Source: Squalus acanthias (Eukaryota). From it: 64,000 bases of DNA. Numbering within the stretch: the stretch's first letter is position 1; the number at the start of each line of letters is the position of its first letter. Position numbers and translations under genes: made by a program. The stretch spans positions 2,668,001 to 2,732,000 of the forward strand of contig JASTWF010000036.1 in NCBI GenBank assembly GCA_030390025.1, in the 5' to 3' direction. Of the stretch, positions 10,264-22,991 are shown piece after piece. A model generated the notes under the pieces. That model saw only the letters and a program-made list of their open reading frames with translations. It searched no databases and was not told the DNA's origin.

Positions 10264-13200
10264 AGCAGCAGCAACAACTTGTATTTATATAACTTAGTAA
10301 AACGTCCCAAGGCACTGCACAGGAGTATTTTAAGACAAAAAAGTGACACCGATCCACATAAGGATAAATTAGGGCAGGTGACCAAAAGCTAAAGAGGTAG
10401 GTTTTAAGGAGCATCTTAAAGGAGAGAGAGTTAGCGAGGCGGAGAGGTTTAGGGAGGGAATTCCAGAGCTTAGGGCCTAGGCAGCTGAAAGCACGGCCAC
10501 CAAAGGTTGAGCGATTATAATCAGGGATGCTCAAGAGGGCAGAATTAGAGGAGCGCAGATATCTCGGGGTGGGGGTGTTGTGGGGCTGAAGGAGATTACA
10601 GAGATAGGGAGGGGCAAGGCCATGGAGGGATTTGAAAATTAGGATGCGAATTTTGAAATCGAGGCGTTGCTTAACCGGGAGCCAATGTAGGTCAGCGAGC
10701 ACAGGGGTGATGGGTGAACGGGACTTGGTGCGAGTTAGGACACGGGCAGCCGAGCTTTGGATCACCAAGTTTACGTAGGGTGGAATGTGGGAGGCCAGCC
10801 AGGAGTGCACTGGAATAGTCAAGTCTAGAAGTAACAAAGGCATGGATGAGAGTTTCAGCAGCGGATGAGCTGAGGCAAGGGCGGAGACGGGCGATGTTAT
10901 GGAGGTGGGAATAGCCAGTCTTAGTTATGCTGCGGATATGTGGTCGGAAGTTCATTTCAGGGTCAAATATGACACCAAGCTTGCGAACAGTGTGGTTCAG
11001 CCTCCGACAGATGTTAGGGAGAGGGATGGAGTCAGTGGCTAGGGAACGGAGATTGTGGCGGGGACCGAAAACAATGGCTTCGGTCTTCCCAATATTTAAT
11101 TGGAGAAAATGTTTGCTCATCCAGAACTGTATGTCGGACAAGCAGTCTGACAATTTAGACACCGTGGAGGGGTCGAGAGAAGAAGTAGTGAAGTAGAGCT
11201 GGGTGTCGTCAGCGTGCATGTGGAAACTGATGCTGTGTTTTCGGATGATGCCGCCAAGGGGCAACATGTAGATGAGAAATAGGAGGGGGCCACCAGAGGT
11301 AACTATGCTGGAGTGGGAAGAGAAGCCGTTGCAGGTGATTCTCTGGTTACGATTAGATAGATAAGAATGGTACCAGGCGAGTGCAGTCCCACCCAACTGG
11401 ACGACAGTGGAGAGGCGTTGAAGGATGGAGTGGACAACCGTGTCAAAGGCTGCAGACAAGTCAAAAAGGATGAGGGATAGTTTACCTTTGTCACAGTCAC
11501 AAAGGATGTCATTTGTGACTTTGAGAGCCATTTTGGTACTGTGGCAAGGGCGGAAACCTGATTGGAGGGATTCAAACATGGAATTGCGGGAAAGATGGGC
11601 ACGGATTTGGGAGGCAACAACACGTTCAAGGACTTTGGAGAGGAAAGGGAGGTTGGAGATGGGGCAGTAGTTTGCAAGGATGGAGGGATCAAGGTTTGGT
11701 TTTTTGAGGAAAGGGGTGGTGACGGCAGATTTGAGGGAGAGGGGGACAGTACCTGAGGGGAGAGAACCGTTAACAATATCAGCTAACATGGGAGCCAGAA
11801 AAAGAATTTGGGTGGTCAGCAGTTTGGTGGGAATAGGGTCCAGGGGGCAGGAAGTGGGTCTCATGGACAAGATGAGCGCAGAGAGGTCATGAGGGGAGAT
11901 CGGAGAGAAACTGGAGAAAGATGTGAGTTCAGGGCTAGGGCAGGGGGGGAACCTTAGGAAGTTTGGCCCAGTGGGCTAGGTGAAGGAAGGGAAGTGGCAG
12001 AGGCAGCTGAACGGATGGTCTCAATCTTAGAGACAAAGAAGTCCATGAGCTCCTCACATTTGTTATCGGAGGTGAGGGTGGAGGAGACAGGGAGAGGGGT
12101 TTAAGAAGACGGTTAGCAGTAGAGAATAGGAGCCGAGGTTTATCTTTGCATTCCAGAATGATTCTGGAATAGTGAGCAATTTTGGCAGACGAGAGCAAGA
12201 CCCGATTGGTGCTTCATGTGGTCCAGCCAGATCTGGCATTGAATGGCTAAACCAGTTGTCCGCCATATCCGTTCGAGTCTGCGTTCCTTGGACTTAAGGG
12301 AGCGAAGATGAGAGCCGTACCAGGGGTAACAGCCAGGGTGAGAGAGGGTAATTGTTTTTATAGGTACAAGGGCATCAAAGATAGTGGTGAGGGTGTGGCT
12401 GAGCAGATCGGTAGCTGCAGAAATGTCACGGTGAATGGAGGGCCAGAGGCTGGACAGTTGGGATTTCATAAGTGCAGTTGTAAGAGAGTTGGGAGAGAGT
12501 TTTTTCCAGGAGCGGACACAGAAGGAAGTAGGGTTGGGGGGGGGGGGGGGAGGGGGGGGGGTGGAGAGCGATATGAGCAATTGGTCAGAGATGACCTTCT
12601 CTGCAATTGACACGATGGGAGTAGCGAGGCCATGAGAGATGGCAAGGTCGAGGGGGTGGCTGTTAATATGGATTGGGGAGTTTTCATGGAGGGAGAGATT
12701 AAGGGAGGATAGGAGGCTAGTGAACTCAGAGGAGAGAGAGAGCATGATGAATTGAGATGGAGGTTGAAATCACCGGAGGATGAGAAGTCGTTCGGTGCTG
12801 AGGGAGAACAGTGAAGATATCTCGGAAATAAAATTTTTATGGTACTTGGGTGGGTGGTAGAGAACAAGAATTTTAAGTGAGATGGGTGGAATAAGGTGGG
12901 ATGCTCGAAGGAGGAGAAACTGCCGGAGGAATAGGGAGACCGACCAAGGTGCGATCTGGTGATGAGCGCCACAGCGGTCTGAGCGGGGCAAGTGGTGGAA
13001 GGTATAGCCAGGTGGGGAGGCTTCATTTAAGGGTAAGGTGTCATCACCCCTCAACCAAGTTTCCGTCAGGGCCATGATATCGATGCAGTCATGGATGGCA
13101 AGGGCCTTGTTCGCAAGTGAACGGACATTCTTTAGGGAGATGCGGAGAAGGTCGGTGATGGCTGATCCACTGCCAGCGTCCACAGGGTCAGCGCTGGGGG

Positions 13201-13640
13201 GTGGGAATGAGTTGGATGGGGTGGAGAGTGGCAAGATTTGTCCCCAGTGGGCGCGCTGGGCAGGAAGGTCGGCGAGAGAGGAGGATGGGACAGTTGGAGG
13301 TTGCTGCTCGTAAGGCGGCAGTGACGAGTGCCTCGATGGGCCCTTCGTAGGATGCCAAGAGAGGCACAGAGGGAAGCTGTGGGCTTATCTAAGAGGGAGT
13401 GAAGCCTGGGATGGCGGCAGGAGAGTAGGAAGGTCCAAGAGTAATGAAGGATTGAGGTAGGGATTTGGGAGGGCAGTGTATCTGAGGAGAGACGAAAGGA
13501 GGCATGGCGACAGGAGAGTGCTTTCAGGGAAGGATAGGGAAAAGGCGGGGGGGAAAAGTGGAATGGCTCGGGTCCAGAGCGGCAGCCAAAGTGCGCACGC
13601 GAATGGACACGGGAAAAGCTCAGGTTACATAGGCCTGTTT
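10264..13640 (-). mobile_element. Long L2 LINE (APE endonuclease plus RT, frameshifted); 5' region may extend to about 14190
   Basis: APE motifs NVRSLANK, ALTETWL, GDFNLH, HPLDL (about 12600-13150). RT motifs NYCPISNLPFLSKVLE, QSGFRPCHST, DLSAAFDTV, HADDTQLY. C-terminal LHWLPVKQR..., KLWNSLP. 3' (TTG/CTG)n tail at about 10264-10280. Confidence 0.9.
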
Positions 13641-14203
13641 AAATGTAATAATTAATGGAATACCTATTTCCTGGTAGCAGGGAATAGGTTGTGGACAATA
13701 GTCGGGAGACCAGGGTCAAAGTCAGAGGTCCCATGGAAGGACAAGCCGACGGAAGCAGGATGGGGCCGGTACAGAGCATCGACGGACCGCTGTCCAAAGC
13801 AGGTGAGTGAAGCCCAGAAACTATTTGAAGGGTAGAGAGTTCGGGGATGGAGGTTGTTGCCATGGGAATGAGAGTCAGTAGCGATGCAGAAAGATGATGG
13901 CTAAATTGACGCAAGTTGGAGGTCACCGTAGTTCAAAGCGGCAGAGAAAATGTAAAACCACAAGCCAGCGACCAGCAGAGCTGAAAAACCAGTAGAACCA
14001 GTTCAGCAGAGACACAGCCAGAAGTACCTTTTCAGAGATAGAGACACAGCAGTTAAGTCTTACAGTGTAATCTAGTGCAGAAATTTAGTGTAATCCGATG
14101 TAGTTCAAAGCAGAAATATAGTCTAGATGTCCGGAGAAGTCCAGGAGATCGGAAACTAATTTGACAAAAGAATTCCGCAGCTTAAGACTTGAAGTGACTT
14201 AAT

Positions 14204-14481
14204 GGGGCGCAAAGCATCTAGCGCCCAGGCGCGGCGATGTTTGCGCCGCTCGCGAAATTAACTAGACATTTTGCGGCGGCGCTAAACACTACTGCCACTA
14301 TCTCCTGCTCCTCGGCCTTTGCGCCTTAAGACAGGTGTGAAGCGCCTGATTTAGCGCTCCAATCACCTCCAGGGGCGATAAGTCAAGTTTGCAGTCGGTG
14401 GTGATAATTAGCGCCAGGCGCTAATCTTTGCACCCAGCCGATAATTGCGCCCCAAATGGGGCGATACTGAATTTCTCCCCC
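14204..14481. mobile_element. Internally deleted copy of the Harbinger-type MITE at 42162-42954, lacking the left end
   Basis: Colinear with about 42205-42314 and 42780-42954. Ends in TIR GATACTGAATTTCTCCCCC and is rich in AGCGCC/GCGCC motifs. Confidence 0.8.
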
Positions 14482-14498
14482 TATGTCCTTAGAAAACA

Positions 14499-15147
14499 TG
14501 GTCTACAGAGCAGCAGTGATACCTGCCCTGCTGTATGCCTCAGAGACATGGACCATGTACAGCAGGCACCTCAAAGCACTGGAGAGGTACCACCAACGCT
14601 GCCTCCACAAGATCCTGCAAATCCATTGGCAGCATAGGTGCACCAACGTCCGTGTTCTTGCTCAGGCCAACATCCCCAGCATCGAAGCTTTGACCACGCT
14701 CGATCAGCTCCGATGGACGGGTCACATTGTCCGCATGCCCGATACGAGACTCCCAAAACAAGCACTCTACTCGGAGCTCCGGCACGGCAAGAGAGCCCCA
14801 GGTGGGCAGAGGAAACACTTCAAGGACACCCTCAAAGCCTCCTTGAAAAAGTGCAACATCCCCACCGACACCTGGGAATCCCTAGCCCAAGACCGCACAA
14901 AGTGGAGGAGAAGCATCCGGGAAGGCGCCGAACACCTTGAGTCTCTTTGCCGGGAGCAAGCAGAAGCCAAGCGCAGGCAGCGCAAGGAGCGCACGTCAAC
15001 CCAAGCACCCCACCCACCCGCCCCTTCAACCACCGTCTGCCCCACCTGTGACAGAGACTGTAGGTCCCGCATTGGACTCATCAATCACCTGAGAACTCAT
15101 TTTTAATGTGGAAGCAAGTCATCTTCGTTTCCGAGGGACTGCCGAAG
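14499..15147 (+). mobile_element. 5'-truncated RTE-clade LINE with uninterrupted ORF C-terminus and C2H2 finger
   Basis: LLYASETWT, QLRWTGHIVRMPDTRLPKQALY, GGQRKHFKD, AQDRTKWR are RTE motifs, followed by CPTC...HLRTH*. 8-bp TSD AGAAAACA at 14491-14498 and 15148-15155. Confidence 0.88.
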
Positions 15148-15665
15148 AGAAAACAGCACATCATCTGATTTGCAGTGAGCAATACCACAATAAATCTACT
15201 AACATATAAAAATGGTAGATCCAGTGCGAGTTTACTGTCTGTCACACTTCAATTGCTGTGTTACATTTTCAGAAAAAGTACAAAAAAACAAAGGCAGGAG
15301 CTGACATGTTAGGTGAAGGAACTTTCAGATTGAAAATGGGTTCAGACACCCAGTACTAAAAGAATCCATCCTTTTACATCATTAAGTAAACATAGGCTGA
15401 GGTTACTCAGATTTTAGTTTTTTGGCCTGGGAACTTGCTTATTTGAACCTGACTGTTCGGCTGCGAATTTAATAGCAGGCGGGTTGGAGTCGGGTTGCCT
15501 GGTGGGCGGGTTCCGGTCCCGCTGCCGGTTTCAGATTTTGGTTTAATTGGCCTAATTAGTCCCGTCGTGCACGCTGCCCGGTCCAATGAGTGGGAGCGGG
15601 TCTGTTGCTCTCCACTGACGTCATTGCTACAGTTGTTTTTAAGGGGCCCATGGGCCCAGGCTACA

Positions 15666-17595
15666 ATGAGTGCTGCCAAAGCCAAGGCTGCTCCAAGGTT
15701 CAAATGAGGACTCCCTCTAAACTCTTGTGGAGGGAGTAAGAGGGCGCAGGGAAATTCTGTTCCCTCCCGATGGCCGGAGGAAGCCTCCTCAGCAAACAAA
15801 GGCAGCCTGGCTGCACATTGCTGAGGAGTTCAGCGCAAGGTCCATATGTTCATGCACCTGGATCCAGTGCCGGAAACTGTTTAATATCTTCTGTGATCAT
15901 CAAAAGTGAGTATTTATCACACTTACCTTCAATCTGCTTCCCTTCTCTTCTCATCACCAGCACTCTGCTTTGTCAACCTGCTCCTCCACATCCCACCTTA
16001 CCCTTACTTCCCTTGCACCCTTACCTATCCATCTCTTTCTCTCTCTCTACTGAATCACTTTGCCATCCTACTATGCACCCCTCACACTCGTTCTCACTTT
16101 TATGCCATGACAACAACAACAACGCCGGGAGGCAGCTTTCTCTTGGCACCTCACTCCATCTTGGCCTCCCTCTAAGCTTCTATGTTATGGATTCTTCAGT
16201 CACTCCATCACTCGCGCTGAAACTCCACTTGTGTCCCTGCTTGCAGGAAAAGATAGCCCACAATAAGAGGGAGAGAGCATCGACAGGAGGAGGCCCACCA
16301 TCCCTGGCAACATTAACAAGTGCTGAGGAGGCTGCTCACAAGATCGTGGGAGGTGGCGAGGAGCTGGAAGTGGGGGACGGAGAGACGGGCGCACTAGATG
16401 AAGCTGGTGACAGAATAGATTTTCAACCCTCATTTAGATTTGATGATTCACTGCAATGTCATATGATGTTCATAGAGATTGACTTTTGATCATCTGCACA
16501 ATAGGATGTGTCTGCTACCTAAATATCGGATGTCTAACTCATGCCTTTACTCTCCCACAGGACCATCGAGAGCCCCCCTCCCCACTGTCCAGGAGGAAGA
16601 GCCGGACGACTCTCGGAGGAACCTGCAGCCTCTGAGGGAGCAGCGTCACCAGGACTCGGCGCACCCATCACCAGGACTCAGTGCACCCAGCCCCAGCGCA
16701 GATACGCACACCTCGGCCGGTCCTTCGACATAGAGGAGTGTTGTCACCTGGTGTATCACAGCTCACAATTGAGCATCAGCAGATGGTGGAGACAGGGACA
16801 GCAGTGGAGAGTCATCGTTGGAGGCCGCAGGACGCTCCTAGCTCTGCTCCGCTGCAGGTAGACGCTGTGCCTCTGGGGCCATCCAGAAAGAGCGGTGCTG
16901 GAACTCCAGGAACAAATGCAGGAGTCTCTGACCGGGTTTGCATCCAGGGTAACTGCGAGTGTGGAGAGAATGGAGGAGTTCATCTCAAACATGAGCACTG
17001 CCTTTGTGGAGGCAATGGCGCATGACCCTTCACCATGGAGAGGGTGGCAACCTCCATGGAGGACATAAGTCGCCAGACTCTGGAGAACATGGTGACTCTT
17101 CTAAATAGATGGTCTGCTATGGAGGATAGATGGGCATCTATTGAGGAGAGACACCAGAGGTACATGGACGTCCCCATTATGAGGATTCAGTACAAGACGG
17201 GTCCTCATGGCCCCACTGATGTGCAGCAAGGTGCTCTCCAGCCACTTGCTAGCACTGAAGTGCAGGTGACCCATGAGAGGGATGTTGGTGGCAGACAACA
17301 AGGAAGTGTGGGCTCCTCTCCAAGCGCTCACACGACCGTGCCACTGCGGAGTCCTCAGTCAGAGCCCCAGATTCCTCACCCAACCGAGATGGCCGTCTCA
17401 GCCCCTGCACAGCCGCAGGAAGAGCAGACTGTGGAGGAGCCCTCCCAGGCTCCCAAATCCAGAGGACGTCCGCAAAAGGCGTCTAAGCAGGCGCAGCATC
17501 AAAGTGAGCAAGGTGCCTCTACATCTGCTGAAGCCACAGGGGAAGCACCACGTAGAAGCACGCGTAAGAGGAAGTTATTGTCATCCTTATTGTGA
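15666..17595 (+). pseudogene. Harbinger Myb/SANT-like DNA-binding protein gene, 3 exons (15666-15905, 16247-16406, 16561-17595), frameshifted
   Basis: KAAPRF...LVEGVRGRREILF...KAAWLHIAEE...TWIQCRKLFN (MADF/Myb-like tryptophan pattern), then REERASTGGGPP-like ERASTGGGPP. GT-AG sites match those in copy 2. Coiled-coil-like segment and C-terminal basic RSTRKRK. Confidence 0.8.
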
Positions 17596-17814
17596 TGTGA
17601 TTAAACAAAAGTGATGGCAAAGAGTTGAAGTTCTGGCCTGTGTGTTCTGCGAAATGGAAGTTGCACAGTGAGTACTCAGGGCAACTTGCATTTGTAATGA
17701 TGGTGCTGAGAGTGATCGGAAAGCACCGTTTATTGGAGATTATGTATGGCGTGTTAAGAAGGTCATCCACACATTCATAGCCATATGACAGCCACCTGTG
17801 GTTGAAGCGTAAGC

Positions 17815-18980
17815 TTACGCGAATCTGGCATGGATGAGTGCATCCCTTGCCTGACGGCCAGCAATGTGGTCGCGTTCTGCTGCATTGGCCACATCCGGAC
17901 CCGCAAGGCGTACCTCCTCATCCTCCCGAGGAGGCTATGCACTGAGCCACTTGTTCCTCAGGCAGCGCTAAGCCACGCTGCTGTGCGATGTTGTGCAGGG
18001 CACAGCAGACCACGATGATTCTGGACACCCTGGTTGGTGCATACTGCAGGGCTCCACCAGATCTGTCGAGGCATCGGAATCGCATTTTGAGCAAGCCGAT
18101 GGTTTGCTCTGATGCTTCTGGTGAAAATGCGGCTCAGATTGTACCGCTCCTCAGCCTCGTTTGATGGCCTCATCGGTGTCATGAGCCACCTTTTCAGGGG
18201 ATAGCCCTTGTCACCAAGTAGCCATCCGGAAAGTTGTGTTGGCGGATTGAAGGAGTCATGGCAACTGCTAGGGTATTTTGCGCAAACATGCATGATGCTC
18301 TTCCTGTGGTTCCACACCAGCTGGACGTTAAGGGAGTGGAATCCCTTGCGGTTGACAAACAGCTGTGTTATGATAGGGGGCCCTAATGGCCACATGTGTG
18401 CAGTCTATGACGCCCTGCACCCTCGGGAAGCCTGCCATATTTGCAAAGCCAACCGCACGCACGGACACGTGCTTCATCCGTGGAAAAGTGGATGTAATTG
18501 TGCGACTTTGCAAAGAGTGCATCGGTGACCTGCGTGATGCAGGCGTGTGCGGCCGACTGGGAGATGCCGCTGATGTCTGCAGCTGATCCCTGGAAGGAGC
18601 CCGAAGCAAAGAAGTTTAGCGCGGTGGTGACTTTGACAGCCACTGGTAAGGAGTGTCCACCCGCTCCTCTGGGCTCCAGGTGTTGCTGCAGCATTGTGCA
18701 GATGTCAGCGACTACCTCTTGCGGAAGCCTCAGCCTCCTTTGGCACTGCTGCTCAGTCAAGTTGAGGAAGCTCATCCTCTGCCTGTAAACCGTGTTGGGG
18801 GTATCTCCTGCGGCAAGGTGCAGGCCTGCGCTGACGCCCTCCGCCCTGTGCATCATCAGGTGGCTGAGAAGGTTGGCGCTCCTGGTGTTGGTGCTGCTGC
18901 TGTGCCTGGTCCTGCTGCTGCCGCAGCTGCTCTTCCTCCAAATCTGAGCACCAGGATGACAGGATATAAATGGTTCCCAT
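17815..18980 (-). pseudogene. Harbinger (HARBI1-like) DDE transposase, frameshifted
   Basis: [65 protein letters not shown] spread over several frames. Starts MGTIYIL at 18980 and ends DALIHARFA* at 17815. Confidence 0.9.
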
Positions 18981-20139
18981 TTCGCTGGAATATATCTCAG
19001 TTGAGGAATAGAGGTTGTTTGCGCTCAGCCAAAGTGGCCAGAGGGTTTTCCAAGGAGGTCACACTGCAGATGGATTTCAGCCTCAACACTCGATAAGAAG
19101 AGCTGCAAAATGTGTCCCAAAACCTCAAAGCACTAAGTTGTGGCATCTGAAAGTATGAGATATTGCAGGACTGCTTTTAAGCTGCTCGAGCAGCTGCCAA
19201 CAATTCAGGTCCTCGATAAACCCGGCACAATGCAGCTGGCGTGTTTTTCTGATGACTGGCAGCGCGCTGAAAAAGTTGCAAAATCTGAACAGGCAGTTAA
19301 AATATTATTTAGGCAGTTAACAAGCTGTTAACTGCCTTAAGTGCCTCTCCTGCCGTTTGGTGTCGGGTCAGTTCGGGAGCCGCTGACCCGACACTTGCCA
19401 AAGTAGCGTGGAGGTGGGATGATGGCAGGATCGCAGCCCGCCGTCGATTTTTCGCTACCGACCCGCCTCAAGTCTATTAAATTCGCGGCCTTCATTTCAG
19501 GCTGCTGCTTAGCAACCCAAACATTTTAACAAACTTAAAGCACCAACTAAATATTGCCTCTGCACCCACTGATGTATACAGTTTTTGATGTATTACTCGC
19601 AGATCTCTCGTGGCATTAGTTATGGTCAGTAGAATTTGGTACGGTAATATACCATTCATTCACTGGAGATGTGCTCTCCTCTCTCTTCCACCTCTCCCCC
19701 TTCCAACAAGGTAACTTCAGGCTCACCGTGAGCAACACCAAGAGATCTACCAGTAACAGTAAAGCAAATGCACATTACTCCTCGGTCATACTTCAAGTGA
19801 CGCACTGTAATTTTCTATGTCATATTTAAAAAAGGTATAAAGGAAACCAGGGGAGTCATTTGCAATGTATAAAGTCCCCATAGGAATTGAAAATCCTTTT
19901 AATTGACACCGGATCGGGACTGCGTAACCCAGAACTGACCGTACCCATTACAATTTCAAAAAAACAACAAAGTCAGCCTATGTTCTCGCCTGCAGCTAAT
20001 CTCTGACCTCGCTGAGTATTTTCTTAAGAGCAGTTAGACTTTGTGGTTATGAAGGGGAACAGATTCAACTTAGCAACAGAATAAAACATTGTGCATTCCA
20101 AATTGTTGTGCTTTGTGCATTTCGTCTGTTGTACTTTAC

Positions 20140-20357
20140 TACAACAACAACTTGCATTTGTATAGCACCTTGACCGCAGTAAAGTCCCAGGGCGCTTCGC
20201 AGCAGCGTTATCGAACCAGCCACATAAGGAGATATTAGGGCAGGTTGGTCAAAGGAGCGTCTTAAAAGAAGTAGAGAGGCGGAGAGTTTTAGGAAGGGAA
20301 TTCCAGAGCTTAGGGCCTAGGCAGCTGAAGGCACGGCCGGCGATGGTGGAGCGATGA
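20140..20357 (-). mobile_element. Short L2 3' fragment
   Basis: CAACAACAACTTGCATTTG... tail and RAFSCLGPKLWNSLP. Confidence 0.8.
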
Positions 20358-20683
20358 AATTCATGTGTGTATATATGCAAATACCTTGCATTTGATGGGT
20401 ACAAATTTTGTATTCCTAAAATAGCTTGATCTTGCACCTGTGCATATAGCTTCCAGAAATTTTTACGATTGACAAGAAGATTGGCCAGTCAGTGTGCTGG
20501 GACTTGCTCTTTTGTAATCCTGTCTCTCCAATGGAAAATTAACAAAGAATCCGAAGGGAAACATTTTTTAGAACAATGGAAGTAACTAATTATTGTTTGT
20601 ACTAAATCTCAAGGTAAAGCAGCAACTCCAGCTTTTTCCTGATATTCTCCTTTTAAAAAAAAAAGTTGACTATATTCAGCAAC

Positions 20684-21102
20684 TTTTTTATTCATTCTGG
20701 GGATGTGGGCGTCGCTGGCAAGGCCAGCATTTATTGCCCATCCCCAATTGCCTTTGAGAAGGTGGTGGTGAGCTGCCTTCTTGAACCGCTGCAGTCCGTG
20801 TGGTGAAGGTGCTCCCACAGTGCTGTTAGGGAGGGAGTTCCAGGATTTTGACCCAGCGACGATGAAGGAACGGCCGATATACCTGCAAGTCAGGATGGTG
20901 TGTGACTTGGAGGTGGTGGTGTTCCCATGCGCCTGCTGCCCTTGTCCTTCTAGGTGGAAGAGGTCGCGGGTTTGGGAGGTGCTGCCGAAGAAGCCTTGGC
21001 GAGTTGCTGCAGTGCATCTTGTAGATGGTACACACTGCAGTCACGGTACGCCGGTGGTGGAGGGAGTGAATGTTTAAGGTGGTGGATGGGGTGCCGATCA
21101 AG
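20684..21102 (-). mobile_element. Family B non-LTR retrotransposon 3' fragment
   Basis: LNIHSLHHRRTVTAVCTIYKMH...GLQRFKKAAHHHLLKGN, with a poly(A)-like end near 20684. Confidence 0.8.
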
Positions 21103-21279
21103 CTTGTTTACAGTACATTATATGTTTGACAAATGAATCTTCACAAAATTTCATAGCTGAATATTTATAATCTATTCCAAATGGTTACACAACTTCATTT
21201 CTTTTATTTATAATGTGCTCAAAACAAGTTTTGAAAAACAGTTTTAACTCCAGAGTGTGACTTTTGGCACTGACAGGTT

Positions 21280-21703
21280 CCCCATCCAGAAGTCAACCTG
21301 ATTGACAGGCTTGGCATCCAGCCGGAGGAGGGTGCAGGACCAGGTAGATCTGATCCGGGGGGAGGGTGGTGGGCAGGGGTCTGATGGTGGGGTCCGGGAG
21401 GAAGCACTCCTGCTCCTCCTGGCCCACAAGAAGTGCTGTGGAGGCACTTACCTTCTCCCCGAGGCTGTCCTCCCCTCACTGCAGCTCCTGGGTTTCCCGA
21501 GGTTAAATCTGAGGCTTCTGGCCCTCATTAACATATTTAAAATGCCAACCCGCCTCCTGGGAGCGGGTTGGCTGCCTGCCCCTTGTCCCGCCGCAGTAAA
21601 ACCCGGAAGTCAGCGGGTTGGATCCAGCTTCCTGACGCACTCGGAATTTTTACCCATTTAACCCTCCATCCACACCCAATCTCACCCATGTTAAAATCCC
21701 CCC
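21280..21703. mobile_element. Harbinger-type MITE fragment related to 40457-41344
   Basis: Shares GCACTTACCT, GCCAACCCGCCTCCTGGGAGCGGGTTGGCTGCC and the terminal TTAAAATCCCCCC. Confidence 0.6.
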
Positions 21704-22088
21704 GCTAAAATCAGGGCAGAAGTCTGTCACTTGACCAGATTGTAGAGAAAAAGGATTGTATTTAGGCAGAGCCATATCCAATCTTATAAGGAATGTCTCA
21801 AAGCTTCACGTACAATGAATTACATTGAAATGTAATATGCAAATGAAGCAGCTATTTTGTGCACAGCATGATTCCACAAACAGTAATGAGATGAACAATT
21901 AATCTGTTTTTAGGTGGTATTGGTTCAGGGAGGAATACTGGCCAAGATACCAGAAGAACTCCTTGCTCTTCATTGAATAGTGCCATAAGATCTTTATATC
22001 CACCTGAACAAGCTCGGCAGGCAAACAGGGCCTCGGCTTAATATATCATCTGAACGGCAGCACTTCCACCTGAAGTTTCAGCCTAGGT

Positions 22089-22991
22089 CAGTGGTGGGTA
22101 AAATACAGCCCCCATCCCTCCCACCGTCATTCTATCCAGCCCACTGGACAGAACACAAATAGAACGCGAGCTGGAACTTGAGCTACACCTTATTTTATCT
22201 ACTTTCACTTCTCGTGGGTCAAAGACGGACCCGAACTGCAGCCAAGGAAAAAATACAGTAACACTTAATTCAAATTAATAATTCGCAAAAGCGATTCTCC
22301 CCAGCCTGATCATAAAAGAATCCATTCCGCGATTCTAGGCCCCAATGGCGGGCGTTCATACCCAGAATGCATTATGTACTCAAATATGCCCTGTCCATTT
22401 TAGAGTTGAGTCATGGCTGCTTATCTCCATGACTCTTCACTGTGTCTTTCCTCTCCCGGTACCCACAGTACGATGGCGGGGGGGGGGGGGTGGTTTCATC
22501 ACCATCTTAGACACGGGAGTGGATCCCGGAGCGCAAGGACTCCAGGTAACGTGATTGTAGTTCAGGCCTTGCGAAGCCTCGGGCTCCCGTCCTCCGCACG
22601 CTATAAAGAGAACACCTCTCGCGTCGGATGCCCCGCACACTCGAGCCATGTAGATTTTCAGTACAACATATAATAGATCGATCAATCGTTTCATTCATTT
22701 AGTAATGGAAGATTTTACTATTTTACACTACATTTTGTGTATTTAAGGTAGTATCTGACTGCTATCTGAATTTATGTTTATGCAATGTTCCTTCTAATTT
22801 TTTTGTGCGCGGTCCCTTTAAATTTGCACGCATGGTATCTCTTCCAACGGCAGGAACTGGTGAGCGGCCTGCGTGCGATCTCGCGTTTGGTGCGCAACCG
22901 TGCACGTTAGGGGGAACATTGGTGTGTAGCCGTCAATAGTTCTCCAAAACTTGTTAAGTAGCCCTCGAGCACAAATAATTACCCACCCCTG
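22089..22991. mobile_element. Non-autonomous hAT (Charlie-like) element, 903 bp
   Basis: TIRs CAGTGGTGGGTAA / TTACCCACCCCTG (12/13). 8-bp TSD GCCTAGGT / GCCTAGAT (7/8) containing CTAG. Confidence 0.8.
22783..22921. mobile_element. Small hAT MITE (CAATGTTCC...GGAACATTG family) nested in the Charlie-like element
   Basis: Same TIR family as 7969-8135. The TSD is not recognisable. Confidence 0.7.

Larger units (their letters stand above)
15459..19490. mobile_element. Full-length PIF/Harbinger DNA transposon, copy 1 (4032 bp), inside the METTL7A intron
   Basis: TIRs GGCTGCGAATTTAATAG (15459-15475) / CTATTAAATTCGCGGCC (19474-19490), 16/17. TSD TTC on both sides. Contains convergent Myb/SANT (+) and transposase (-) genes. 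Confidence 0.93.

Noticed and set aside
13150..13640. 2A-like (DxExNPGP) ribosome-skipping peptide at the L2 ORF2 N-terminus
   Set aside because: I looked on the minus strand upstream of the APE domain and found no NPGP motif.
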